NCBI RefSeq assembly: GCF_036321535.1
Contig: NC_087436.1
Coordinates: 95,482,001-95,546,000 of the forward strand
DNA length: 64,000 bases
Direction: 5' to 3'
Source: Camelus dromedarius
Lineage: Eukaryota
Made by a program: the position numbers and the translations under genes. Positions 1-11,527 of the stretch are shown in pieces (positions within the stretch are counted from its first letter, which is position 1; every line of letters begins with the position of its first letter). The notes beneath the pieces are model-generated. The model did no database searches, was not told the DNA's origin, and saw nothing but the letters and a program-made list of their open reading frames with translations.

Positions 1-267
1 TGGGAGATTCTGATTCAGTAGCTCTTTCTCTCCTCTTTTCTTCCTTCAGCCCATCCATTCCCCATGTCCTGTTTGGGTCCCTCCCTCTCTGGGGTCTCTC
101 CCCTGCCCTGCTCCCTCTGAGGGATCTCTCCTCTGAGACCTTCTCCCTCTGAGCGTACTGGTTAAGGGCACATACCGATCTGGGTTTGAATCCTGGATCT
201 ATTCCTTATCTGCTCTGTAACTGTGTATAAAATATTTATGGCTTCACTTCCAAAAAACAAATACAAA

Positions 268-392
268 CAGCAAATTATTAAGGATTTCAAGACAGCGACT
301 GCAGAAAGTTCAACCCCAACCAAGCAAGGTGCCCTTCTGAGCACGAGGCCCTGAGCAACCGCACCGGTCAAACCCCCATGAAGCTGGCCCTG
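268..392 (-). mobile_element. hAT-Tip100 MITE fragment, MER91-like
   Basis: Reverse complement begins CAGGGCCAGCTTCATGGG...GGGCCTCGTGCTCAGAAGGG...TCTTGAAATCCTTAATAATTT, matching the remembered MER91 terminus. Confidence 0.7.
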
Positions 393-1203
393 GCTGCGAA
401 GGAGAGAACTTACCACCGCTCAGAGTCAGAGAAGACAGTTTGGGTGTGAGCTGGGGGACCAGGGAGGGGTTCTGAGAGAGATTAGGACTCTCATGAGATT
501 GGGAAATCTTGCCGACCTAAATCTACTTGGGAGGAAAACTCTGACTCTTTTAGTGTAGCATTCAGCCCAGGTGGGCAGGGGAAAGGAGCACAATGTGGAA
601 GTTCACCTCGTAAGCCGCGCTACCTGTCTCAGTTTAGGTAAGTGTGGTTTAGCAGAATATACTCAGCTCATCCAATTTTAGTCTTCTGGGAAGCTATTTT
701 TGTGTTTCCTTTCTTAGTTTCATTAGTAAAAATTTCTTTAGAGTGCCGCCAACCTTGATCTGGCTAAGCAAAGAGGATGAGGAGTTTTTCCACACTGAGT
801 TGGACAGACAGGCCTCAGTGTCTCCCTAGAGGCCAAGTGCAGGGGAAGCCTGGGACTGTCTCAGCCCTAGAAGGGGAGGATCGGCATGGCTAGATGGGGT
901 GGGGTGTGGGAACCCCAGAGGCTGGGGATGTGTTCTGTCGTGGGTACTGCTCTCGCTGGCCTGGACTACTTGCTCTCGATGGCACGTCATTATGTCCAAG
1001 GGGGAACTGTTCACAGAATGAGGAGGATTTACAGTCTTCTCAAGCAGACTACACATGGGCATGCATTTTCCTTCCCAGAAGTCATTTCCAGGGCTGTGCA
1101 CACACTTTGATGATCCCGAAGGACAGTGCTGTGGAGGAGAAAGAGCTTGGACCTTTAAAGGAGCCAGAGCTGGGATAGAATTGTGGCCCTGCTGCGTTTG
1201 CAA

Positions 1204-1300
1204 TCCCTCCCTTCCTCTCTCCCTTCTTTTCTTCCTTCCTTCCGTCCCTCCTTTCCTTGTCACTCCTTCTCTTTCTCCCTCTCTCCTCCCTCTTCTCATT
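1204..1300. repeat. CT-rich low-complexity tract
   Basis: (CCTT/CTCT)n-like pyrimidine run; source of the R/G/E-rich start of ORF 826..1299. Confidence 0.85.
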
Positions 1301-1304
1301 CTGT

Positions 1305-1540
1305 CAATTCATTCACGAAATATTTCTTGAGTTTTTATGCTGGTCTGTACTGGGTGCTGGGAATGCAGCGGTAACGAAGGCAGACACACAATCCCTTCTC
1401 TGATGGAGCCTACGGTAGAGAGGGCACTGGACAATGATTATAGTTGGCAGTTGGGGTGTAACCACAGGCAACCAACCCAGTGCTGCGGGAGGACATAGCA
1501 AGGGAATTCAACCAGCGTGAGGGTTGTGGACAAGGTGCTC
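1305..1540 (-). mobile_element. LINE2 3' end
   Basis: TTCATTCACGAAATATTTCTTGAG...GGTGCTGGGAATGCAGCGGTAACGAAGGCAGACACAC, the reverse complement of the L2 tail. Confidence 0.7.
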
Positions 1541-2352
1541 CTTGCTTCATGGTCCTCTACTCTAAATTGTGAGAATCAGAGAGAATGTATGTAAAATGTC
1601 TAGCACTCGGCTTGGTCCACAATGACACTATGACTGCTCAAACCAGCTTGGTGAGTCTTCTAGGGGAACTGTCACCAGAGTCAGTTTCAAGCTCCACTGA
1701 CGGTCATTTCTTTATTATCCTGCCTCATCTTTGCTTGTCCTAATTATATTTTCACCCTGGTGGATCTCACTGCCTCTCTGAGCCCAGGGTTCCCTGGAGG
1801 GCAGGGGCAGCAGTTACCCTCTTTGAGTCTCCAGAACACCTACAACAATGACCAGCACGTAGTAGCTACTCAGTAAATGTTGCTGCCTTAAAAAGAGCTG
1901 AATAATAAAAATGAAAATGAATCCCAGAGAAAGGACACCAGGCAATCCAGAGAGTGAGAAAGTTTTACAGAAAGAAATTGGAATCTATACAGCTGTTCTG
2001 ATATTATCTTTGTGACCCCATGGGAGAATAAAACCCAACACACATCACACACCTTGTCTCATCTTTTCCTCTGATATCAGGCAGGGAGGATTCATAAAAG
2101 AAAGAATTTTTAGTTGGGGTTTTAGTCCAAGGGATCCTTCTTAATTAAGTGGTGAGGCATTAATTAAAAATCTAATTAATCATCACAAGCTGCTGCTGTC
2201 ATGCTTGGCAGTAAGGTGCAGGCTTTCTGAGTACATGGAGCTCTGAGCTGCATGTAAAAGACATATCCATCAACCCTCCAAATAGACAAGGAATCACTGA
2301 GCAAGGCATCTTCTAGTGGGCCAGCCCGGGATCACCTCTCATAGGCTAATAT

Positions 2353-2570
2353 ACAGAGATGGACTTACCATGGAGCCAATGAAGCTTAACCTCTGAGCCT
2401 CTCACTTGCCTAGGCCTTAAGGTCCTGGTAGGGGACCTCAGTGTATGTTTGGCCATATATATATATATATTTGGAGGGGTTGTGAAATTTGCAATGGTAA
2501 GATATTTTCATACACTCTTTCTTAAAGAGGGTTTCTTTAAGCTTCAAATCCATAAATTTGGATTTCTTCT
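2353..2570 (+). mobile_element. hAT-Tip100 MITE (MER115/Zaphod-like) with short (TA)n
   Basis: CTTACCATGGAGCCAATGAAGCTTAA...CCTCTCACTTGC...AAATTTGCAATGGTAAGATATTTT...CTTAAAGAGGG resembles both ends of the element. Confidence 0.55.
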
Positions 2571-3492
2571 ACTACCACCATGTCTCCTAGAAAAGGTCTA
2601 GGGTATAAGGTGGGGCTCAGGAGGAATGACATTAATAATAAAGATGCTGTTGAGGGTGATTTTGAGGTGTGACTGCACGGAGCGGAGCTGGGAAGAAGAG
2701 TTGCACAGAGCCTGGAGAGCTTGTTTGGAAAGTTGTTTTGGATCAAAAGGAACAGGAAAGTCCTCATGAAAGTGTCTGAAAGTCCATTCATCAAGGTCAG
2801 AAGGCACATACTAACCTCAGGGCCAGGGTCTTGACCCAGGGTTCAAGGGGCTTGACCCAGGGACTCCCTGGGCTACAAGAGCACCCTGAAATTGTATGCA
2901 AATTGTCACTCACTTTGTGTTTTTATTTTCTCTAGGGAGTGAAATTCTATTCACAAAGATGGGAAATTCTGAAAGGGACATAATAGATGACAGATTTTGT
3001 AAGATTATACTATTCTAAAGAGTAGAACATATAATGGTAGGAGGAGATGTAATTTATAAGCAAAAATAGGATGTGTAATAATCTTGCTTTTGTCTTCACT
3101 GTGTCTTATTTGAGTCCATATCCCTGGGCAGATGCAGTGAGATAGGCTGGATGGAAATAACTTCCAGCTTGGTGTGGGAGGCGGGGTCTGTGGTGCTGGA
3201 ACCAACCTGGGGGACAGAAGAAAGGAGACTTAGAGCAGCTTCCCAGGCTACCTCCATCTGAGGGTCAAAAGGCTAACAACTCAGAGAGGGGAGGCCAGAA
3301 AAGGGCAGGGGGACAAAGAGAAAGGTGTCTTGGGGATCTTTTATTGTGGTATGAGCTGATTGATGGTTGCAAGGTTTAGGATCCTGGCCAAATCTTCTCC
3401 GTGTCATGATTTCTTCCTATGCATAAAGGCTAGAACCAGGGATTGAAATAATTAACTGAGAGAAAGACTTTTTTTAAAAAAAGATGATACCT

Positions 3493-3600
3493 GTATGTTC
3501 ATGTATGATTGAAACTTTACGCTGTACACTAGAAATTGACATGACATTGTAAACTGACTATACTTTAATTTAAAAAATATATATATATATATACCAAAAG
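3493..3600 (+). mobile_element. Severely 5'-truncated artiodactyl/camelid L1 3' end with TSD
   Basis: GCTGTACACTAGAAATTGACATGACATTGTAAACTGACTATACTT plus A/TA tail; TSD AAAGATGATACCT (3480-3492) / AAAGATGGTACCT (3601-3613), 12/13 identical. Confidence 0.85.
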
Positions 3601-6169
3601 AAAGATGGTACCTACTGCTTAGAGATTCATCTTAACTAGAGGTTGAAAATAGTCTGGGGCCCAAAGAGGAAAGAACTCTGGAAGGGTCCTTATCAGCCTG
3701 TCAGGAATAGGAGTAGGATTGGTCTTAGACACAGAGGGTGAAATTAGGACCACTTGGAACAGTCCTGGAACTATGACAAAGCCAAAAATCACAAGATAAA
3801 AGCCAGACTGAGAAACTGGCTAGGAAAAGGGTTCCTTGGACTGCAAGGTAGGAGCCAGAGAGTTCCTTGTTCCTGGAGGTCAGGGAGTGGCACTGGAGCA
3901 GAACCAGATCTGTAGCCAGAAACCAAGTGCCCATCTGCAGTTTCCACCTCCACGCCCACTCGAGCCAGGTGCAACCTCTTCCCTACCTGCACCTGCAAGG
4001 CCGAGGCTGGCCGGGCCCAGGGTCGGTCCCACCCCAGTGGAGGGATGTGAGGAACTTCCTGCCTAGAGCAAACGCTTGGCTCTCAACCAAGTTCTCCTTG
4101 CTATCCTCCCCTTCTCTTTGCCTGCCTAGCATGGCCAGTTCCATGACCAACACCACTCCTGACCCTGGTCTTAGAATTCTCCCAACCCAACCAACCCAAG
4201 CCCTAATGTTTTGTCATAGCTTTTCCAGACCCACCCTCTTTCACTCTTCCTGTGATCCTTCAATCCCATGCCATCCGTTAGGAAATAAGGCCAGCCCCCG
4301 ACACTTTCATTCAGGGTAAGGGGTGGGTGGTGATACAGGAGAAAGAGAATAGGATAAAGGCGGTGGCTCAGGTAATGTTAGAAAGAGAGATTTCCCCTTC
4401 CTTTATTCCCCAATAGTGTCATTAACATGTTAATTCAAAATCCAAGAAGCCAAGGGGGTGGGATCCTATCAGGAGGTCACATTTTGTCACTCTTGTGTCC
4501 TCAAAGAAAGAATAAGGGACAGTCAGAAATTCTCTATAATGTTCTGAGAGCACCTATCACAAATGCCCACCTACCAGGTGAAGTATGTTTCTGAAGACAG
4601 AGTTGTAACTTACAGAAGCAGGGGTCTGTCCTCTTTCCCCAGGATGGGGGCCCTGTGCTCAGTCCGGGCAAGGGTTAAGCACTGCAGGAGATTATACCAA
4701 GCTCGGGTTCACCTTTTAGACGAGATCCTAGGGGGCATGTCTAAGCTGTCATGCTGCCTTGTGAATTTAGAGTTTGGGTGTGGAAGCCCTGCCTCCCTAC
4801 TCTATAATCTACACAGGTGCGTAGAGGACTTCAAAGCTACTTCTAGAAGGAGGTTATTGAGAATTACCTCTAGGGAAAAAAGGAAGAAAGAAATCCCACA
4901 AAACAGACGCTGAGAGAAGTGAACTAAACCCCCCTTGAGTAACTGCCTTCACGTTAATGTAAAAATTCCAAAATCTTTCTCTAGTGCTCTGTGTTAAGAG
5001 TGGGGATTTTCCATTCCAAAGAATAATTTCAGGTTTAATAACCCCTATTCTTTTCTGAAAGTGATTCTAATAAAGTTTATGCAGGGAAATTTTGGCAAGA
5101 CATCAGGCTGTTGAGCAGGACCCAGGCTAGCTCTGATCCCAGCCTAGCACACCGTCCACTCTCAGGCGTTGCTTCTCACCATTGTACTAACCGCCAACTA
5201 GAATTTCATAATGGAGAGTGTAGACTGTGGTCACTCTAGCCATCACTGATTTCCTGTAAAAGCAATTAAATTAATGAGTGGAGTATCCTTTTTTTAAAAA
5301 ATGAGATGATCCTGCCCAATTGACTTCTGTTCTGCAGGATATACACTTGGAGTTGTATTTTCCAACAATAGTGTTGGGGCTTGATGGCTGTTATCGTATG
5401 GGGAAAAAATTTCCTCCTTCTAAATGTCAATATTGGAGTCCTACTAAAAGCTGAAGGAGATGTATGCATTTAGCCTAAAGCGTATTTTACTTCTTGGTAC
5501 TTTCAATGATTTGTGGCCAATGAATCATGAAAATGAAATCTTAAAGCCCCAAGAAACCACCAGAAACCGAGCTAGGCCTTTAGCATATTTCACAGCAATT
5601 AATCCCACCCCACTCCAAAATGAAAACGTTTGTTTTCCCCAGTTTGTCTGCTTTTTTCGTTCATTGACATTTCGGGAACTTCCAGGTTAAATTGCCCATT
5701 CTACCAAGGGCAGGAAGACTGAAATTAGAGTTTGGAAAGTCCTGTTCAGTTCAGTCAGCCTCACTCTTCCTCAGAGAATGGGAAAGTTAGTAGTAATTTT
5801 TCTCATTTCTAACTTTTCTTACATGAAGCTTTCCTACTCTTTTTTTTCTTGGAAAGATGATTTCTCCTAGATTGTTTCAAACTGTAACATGTAGGACTTA
5901 AAATTTTTTTAACTTCTAACTTAATGTTCTAGTGGAAGCATCTACTCCATTTAGTCATTCATTTTCCGGGCAACAACTGCAGCAATTCAATTTATCTCGC
6001 CATCTGTCATTGTCACTTTCTAGCCTGCCACATAGCTGAGCTACGGATACCCTGTTTAATATTTCCCCCCATTTCCTCTTAGCAATTTGTACTGATTCTT
6101 GCTAATTATTCCTAAGTTCTTTTAATCTGGGGGACTTAGTTTTTCAGTTTCTCATGGAGAGACTTGTAG

Positions 6170-6673
6170 TTTTCCTTCTGTGTCCATTCTCGCCTTATTC
6201 CTGGTAATAGAACCCACTTCCATTATAGCAAAGTACAGTGTTCCAGCCCCTGCCTCTCACCCCCAAAGTAGAACTTACATTTCCCAGGATCCCTTGCAGC
6301 TAGCTGTGATCACGTGACTCATTTCTCACTAATGGATGGTGCAGACATGATGAGCGTGAGTGGTGTTTGCTTCCGTATAAGAACGTTGCTTGCCCTCCAC
6401 TTCCTTCACTTCTTTGCTTCACCTCCACTCGAGTCTGGCTAGGACTTGGATGTGGCCCTGGTGAGCCAGCTGTAATCATACACGGCAACAACATCTTAGG
6501 GGGCAAGAAGAGCTTGGAAGTGAAAGAAACCTCAGTGCCTAGACAAGCCATACACCTGTTCTGGGCCACCTGCCTACCTCCAGACTAAGAGGTCTCTCTC
6601 TTATTTGAACAAGTATATTTTGAAGTCTTTTTGTTACAGTAGCATAACTGATACCCTAGCCCTGACTAATACA
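6170..6673 (+). mobile_element. MaLR solo LTR, MLT1J-like
   Basis: CATTTCCCAGGATCCCTTGCAGCTAG...CACGTGACT core; ends TTGTTACAGTAGC...CCTGACTAATACA. Confidence 0.7.
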
Positions 6674-6764
6674 TTCCTTAAACGAGAGACGACCCTATCA
6701 CGGTACTCTATGCCAGTGTGAGTGAATCACATTTTAAGCACCTAAAGACAAAGTAGAGGTTTTT

Positions 6765-7062
6765 CGAATGAGAGCAACAGGAATGGTGAGGGATTCAAAG
6801 AAGAAGAAACTGGAAGAACAGTCCCAGGGTATGAGTGCTAGTTTTAGGTGTCTGAAAAACTGTCATGCAGAAACATGATTCACCTCACTCTGTGTGGTTT
6901 TAGTGGATAGAAGTAAGACTCGAGGTGAAAACGGATTTTGTTTGAGACAAAGAATATTCCTGGCTGTCAGCTCTGCATAGACATGGAAAGGGCTACCCTG
7001 GAAGCATTGAGCTCCCTGCCCATGGAGATTTCCTAATGGAGCCTGGATAACCATTTGGCTGG
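6765..7062 (+). mobile_element. L3/CR1 LINE fragment
   Basis: CTGTCATGCAGAAA...CTCTGTGTGG...ATGGAAAGGGCTACCCTGGAAGCATTGAGCTCCCTG...GCCTGGATAACCATTTG, the CR1 3' ORF pattern. Confidence 0.6.
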
Positions 7063-7079
7063 GTTTCACGACTCCGTGT

Positions 7080-7225
7080 CATGCTTGTATATTACACACT
7101 TTGTCTCAAATTCTTAGAACAATGCTAAAAATTATATAATTTAAAGGAAATCTAAATCTCAGACAGGTTAAGACTTGTCAAAGGTCACAGAGTTAGTTAA
7201 TAGCACAGTCCACGTTCTTTCTACC
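7080..7225 (-). mobile_element. MIR SINE fragment
   Basis: CTCAGACAGGTTAAGACTTGTCAAAGGTCACAGAGTTAGT, MIR core reversed. Confidence 0.6.
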
Positions 7226-7429
7226 GACTGCTATTCAAGCTGACTTACAAATTGGCTTAAAAAATTTCTTGCAAGCCTGAAATTCTGTAAGTCCTCTGGA
7301 AAAAACTGTCTTTCCTGAATTTTTGCCTGAATTCTGAGGTATCAGAGCCAGACATCTCCTAAAGGTTGATGTGCCCAGTCTCCTAAGTTTTAACCTAGTC
7401 ACTGACTTACTTCAAGCTTTCTTTCTTTG

Positions 7430-7814
7430 TGTCAGAGGTTGCCAACCATTCACCAATCCATTTTCTATTCTTTCTTGGCACACAAAGAGAACACAGTGTC
7501 CAGTTTCCCTTGCAGTGGAGTGTGATTAAAATGATGTGGGCCACTCCCAGATCTGGCCCGTAGAAGCCTCTCATATACTCTCTTCTGCTGCTGCTGGGTG
7601 TTGGCACATGGAGTGACCTTGAAAACTGAGTGTTGAAGACTGCAGAGTTTCTCTTCCTGTCTTGGTTCCCAAACAAGTTGTTGAACAGAGCCTCCAGGCA
7701 ATTCAAAACTGCTTTGGACTGTGTAAGTGAGGGGGGCATACATTTTTACTGTGTTTGAGCCATTTTATATGTTAGAGTCCATTGGTAACAGCAGTTAGCC
7801 TACCCTTTCTAATA
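7430..7814 (+). mobile_element. MaLR solo LTR, MLT1J-like
   Basis: TTTCCCTTGCAG...GATGTGGGCCACTCCCAG...TGTTTGAGCCATT...GGTAACAGCAGTTAGCCTACCC...TAATAC. Confidence 0.6.
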
Positions 7815-8729
7815 CTTTTCATCCTCAGCCACTAAATATCAAGAATTGCTAACTCAATCCCAGGACTGTCCTCAGGGTCATGGTATTTATCAATAACCCT
7901 ACTAGGCTAAACTTTTTGACACTGCAGACGTTCCATCCTTTTTGACTAAAAAATGCAGAACTTTACAACAGTTCAACATAAAATAATAGAAGATAATCTG
8001 ATTCCTTCCACCTCACCCTCTTTTGACCCCTGCACAATCCAGCCCAACTGATAAGAAGGGAGCCACTTCTTTATACAACAGTGTCAGAGAAGTTTCAGTT
8101 GCAGACTACCCTCCAGAGAGCTTTGCCACAAGTTTGCCAAATGGTGGCCTGTGGTGCAGTCTACTGATTTATGCTGTTGGATTCTTCATTTTCTTCCTTT
8201 CTTTCTCTTTCTCTTTCTTTCTTTCAATATTAGGAAATTTCTCATCATTTCTCATGGGGAAAAAAAAAAGCCTTTCCAGATTATTTTACAGATGGAAAGG
8301 TTAGCCACATTCACATCACAATCAGCTGGCACTCAGGGGCTCCTCTGTGGACAGACCCAGCATTCCTCCTTCATCCCTAACCTTTCCCAAAAGTCTAAAA
8401 AAACAATCAATATAAAGTAGATCACTGACTTCCCAGAGAATTTTCCACGCACATGGTATGACTTGGGGGAGGGAGGTAGATGAGGTAGGGCTATCAAGGT
8501 GAATGCTTGAGACTGGTTTTTCCCACCTTGCAATATGGGAACCACTGAAGTAAGCATGATAATTTGAGATGGCATACAAACGCACATTTAAAAATGTTAA
8601 TAGCGTGATGTTTACTTTAATGTGCATTAGAACTAAAACAATACAGCAGTAGCCTTGTAAATCTGTGATTACATTAATATTAATACTTAGATCGAATAAA
8701 GGAGAAGTTAGAAAATAGGCTAAATAAGA

Positions 8730-10312
8730 ATACAGGAAGTTCCAAATCTAGTCAAGATAGAATAACCAGGACTAGATTTACCCTTTTGTCTGTCATAGCT
8801 GAAAATAAAAATATACATATGAAGCAACAGTACTCAAGGTATTGGACATGATGCAGTGGAATGAGTGGTGATCCCTGATTGACAGGAGACAAATGAGGTG
8901 AGCCCTCTGACTGCCTGAGCTCTTATTACCTGGAGAGTTTCCAGGCTGTGGCACAGGAAAGGGGAACCCAAGCAAAGCTGAGCAATAGTTTCCCTCGGTC
9001 ACAGGAGCAGAGCTGGGAGTCCAGGGAAGCCAGACTACTGGGAGTCCAGGGAAGCCAGACTATCTATAAGGAAAACTAAACAGACAGAAAAGCAACCCTT
9101 TGATCTCTGTCTCATACCAGATCCAAAAATCAACTCAAAATGAATCTATTAAAAGGCTATCAAACTTCTAGAAAAAAATATAGGAGAAAATCTCTGAGAC
9201 CTTAGGTTAGACAGAAGATCCCTTGGATACAACACAAAAATCACAATTAATAAAAAGACATTGATAAATTCAGTTGTGTCAAAATTAAGACCTTCTGCTC
9301 TTAGAAAAGCACTATTGGGAGAATGAAAAGACAAGTCACAAACTTGGAAAAAATATTTGAAAATCTCATATCTAGTAAAGGACTTGTGTCCAGAATATAT
9401 AAAGCACTCTTCAACACTCAGTAAGGAAATCAACAGCCCAATTAAAATTGGGCAAAAGTTTGAACAGACATTTCACCAAAAAACATATATAAGTGGTAAG
9501 TAAGATCATGAAAATAAGTTCAACATCACTAGTCAGTAAGAAAATTCCAACTGGAACCAAAATGAGGTACTGCTGTACACCTGTCAGAATGGTTACAGTG
9601 TAAAAGACCAGCCATACGAAGTGTTGTCAAGTGTATGGAGCAACAGAACCTCTACTACACTGGTGGTGGGAATAAATTATGGTGGGAATAAATGAATTAT
9701 CAATTTGAAAAACAGTTTGATAGTTTCTTAAAAAGTGAAATATACACCTACTCTATGATTCAACTATTTTATTGCTGCATGTATAAGAGAGATGAATGCA
9801 TACGTCCATACAAAGACTAGTACAAAGACATTCCTGGTGGCTTTATGTGTGGAATAGCCAAATACTGACAAGAACTCAAACATTCATCAACAGGTGAATG
9901 GACAGACAAATTGTGGTATCCTCATACGATAGCAAACTTCTCAGTCATAAAAAGAAACGCATTAGTGATACACACAACATGGATGAATTTCGAAACAATT
10001 TACTGAGTTAATGAAGCCAGACAAAAAGGATGCACATACTGAGTGATTCCATTTACATAAGATTCTAGAAAGTGAAAACTAATCTGTAGTGATAGAAAGC
10101 AGATCAATGGTTGTCTTTGGACAGAGGTCAGAAAGATGTGAGGGGGGTGATTGCAATGTTGTACAAAAAAACCTTGGGGGTGATTAATATGTTTAGCATG
10201 TCAGTTGTGGTGATGTGGTGTATATCCATGTCAAAACTCATCAAGCTGTACTTTAAACATGTGCAGTCAATTGTATGTCAATTATACCTCAATGTAGCTG
10301 TTAAGAAAATAT
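8730..10312 (+). mobile_element. Old L1 (L1MC/L1MD-like): 5' UTR joined to ORF2 C-terminus and 3' UTR (internally deleted)
   Basis: 8730-9062 resembles an L1M 5' UTR (CAAGATAGAATAACCAGGACTAGATTTACCC...GAGGTGAGCCCT...GGAGAGTTTCCAGGC); from ~9090 AAAATCAACTCAAAATG is ORF2 end; ends GTATGTCAATTATACCTCAATGTAGCTGTTAAGAAAA. Confidence 0.75.
9013..9062. repeat. Perfect 25-bp tandem duplication
   Basis: CTGGGAGTCCAGGGAAGCCAGACTA x2. Confidence 0.95.
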
Positions 10313-10417
10313 GAACAGAGTTGGATATGGCAAAGTTGAATAAGGCTAAATGATGAAATTTTGGAAACACAGCTCAAGCTTATCCTATTTGCTCTTTTTA
10401 CCCATCTTTCCTCCTTT

Positions 10418-10601
10418 TTTTTTTTTTTTTGGCCTTCTAATATTTTTTATTGAAGTATATTCAGTTTCCAATGTGGTGTCAATTTCTGGTGTACAGCATA
10501 ATGTTGTTTTAGTCATACATGTACATACATATGTTCCTTTTCATGTCCTTTTTTATTATAGGATGGGTATTGAATATAGCACAGGGAACTATATTCAATA
10601 T
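10418..10601 (-). mobile_element. Truncated camelid-type L1 3' end with short 5' inversion and TSD
   Basis: Poly-T then ATTGAAGTATATTCAGTTTCCAATGTGGTGTCAATTTCTGGTGTACAGC; TSD CCATCTTTCCT(C/A)CTTT at 10402-10417 and 10602-10617. Confidence 0.85.
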
Positions 10602-10704
10602 CCATCTTTCCTACTTTATGCTCTTGTTCTTGCCCTTCTTTTTCTTCTTCCCAAGTAAGAATAGGTGATGACAGTTTATATAAGACCACCATGTGTAAGT
10701 TGTA

Positions 10705-10880
10705 TGTGGCCTCAATATAAGAAAGGACTTCCTGACAATTTCTGCCCTCTGAAGATGTAATGGAATAAGCTGTTTCATAAAATAGGGAGGCTTCCATCTC
10801 AGGGCTCCCCCAGCAGAGACTAAATGAACCCTTGACAGGAACATAGGAGCATCAGATGGGATGTTAGGCCAAATCAGTGG
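10705..10880 (+). mobile_element. L3/CR1 LINE fragment
   Basis: GCCTCAATATAAGAAAGGACTTCCTGACAAT...AATGGAATAAGCTG...CAGCAGAGACTAAATGA. Confidence 0.55.
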
Positions 10881-11527
10881 ATTTTGAGCTTGTTTATTTT
10901 TCCCTTTTAAACCATAAAACTCTTTCTACAAATGAATGAAATCTTAAGTGGAAGACAAATATTTAGAGAAGACAATGAGGCACTTTTTTGAAAAAATTCG
11001 AGGGCTCAGAGTCCTGCCTACCTGGCCCCATTTCTATCTACTTTTGTGGCCATTCAGCATCTCCGTGGATAGATGATTCTTATCGTTCCAACTCTGAAAT
11101 CCTATAAACATTGAGTTTCAATGAAAGTGATTGAGGGCCATGAAAGTTTTCATCCAAATCACCCTAGCTAGAGAGGGGGTTGAGGTGAAGGTCTGACCAC
11201 ATCTTAGTCATCTGAGAAAAAGTGGACTTATTTGTAATAGAAAAGGAAGTTGCATTCTTTGCAAATGAATCCTGGAATTATAACATTGATAATTTTTTCC
11301 CAGAGGGAGTGTCATAGAGCTACTATTTATCCAGATGTTCCAGTCCTTTCTCTTTTTTGATTTCTGAGAAAAAAAAAAAAAAAAGACACCAAATAATGGT
11401 TTAGCTTAATAACAGTTTGGTCACTTTTGTTTCTCTTTAGACCATGCGTTTTTTTCCCCCTCCCTTTAACCCTGAACATGCCAATTATGTTTGACCAAAC
11501 TTGAGTCAATAAGAGAAAGAATACTAC

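Noticed and set aside
826..1299. 157-aa ORF
   Set aside because: The N-terminus is translated CT-rich low-complexity sequence; no recognisable domain or splice structure
3867..4319. 150-aa ORF
   Set aside because: Non-ATG start, P/S-rich composition typical of GC-rich non-coding DNA, no homology I recognise
11476..11500. Reverse complement TTTGGTCAAACATAATT resembles the missing MLT2 5' end on the far side of the L1, suggesting an inversion
   Set aside because: Only about 13-17 bp of similarity to a consensus recalled from memory; compatible with chance
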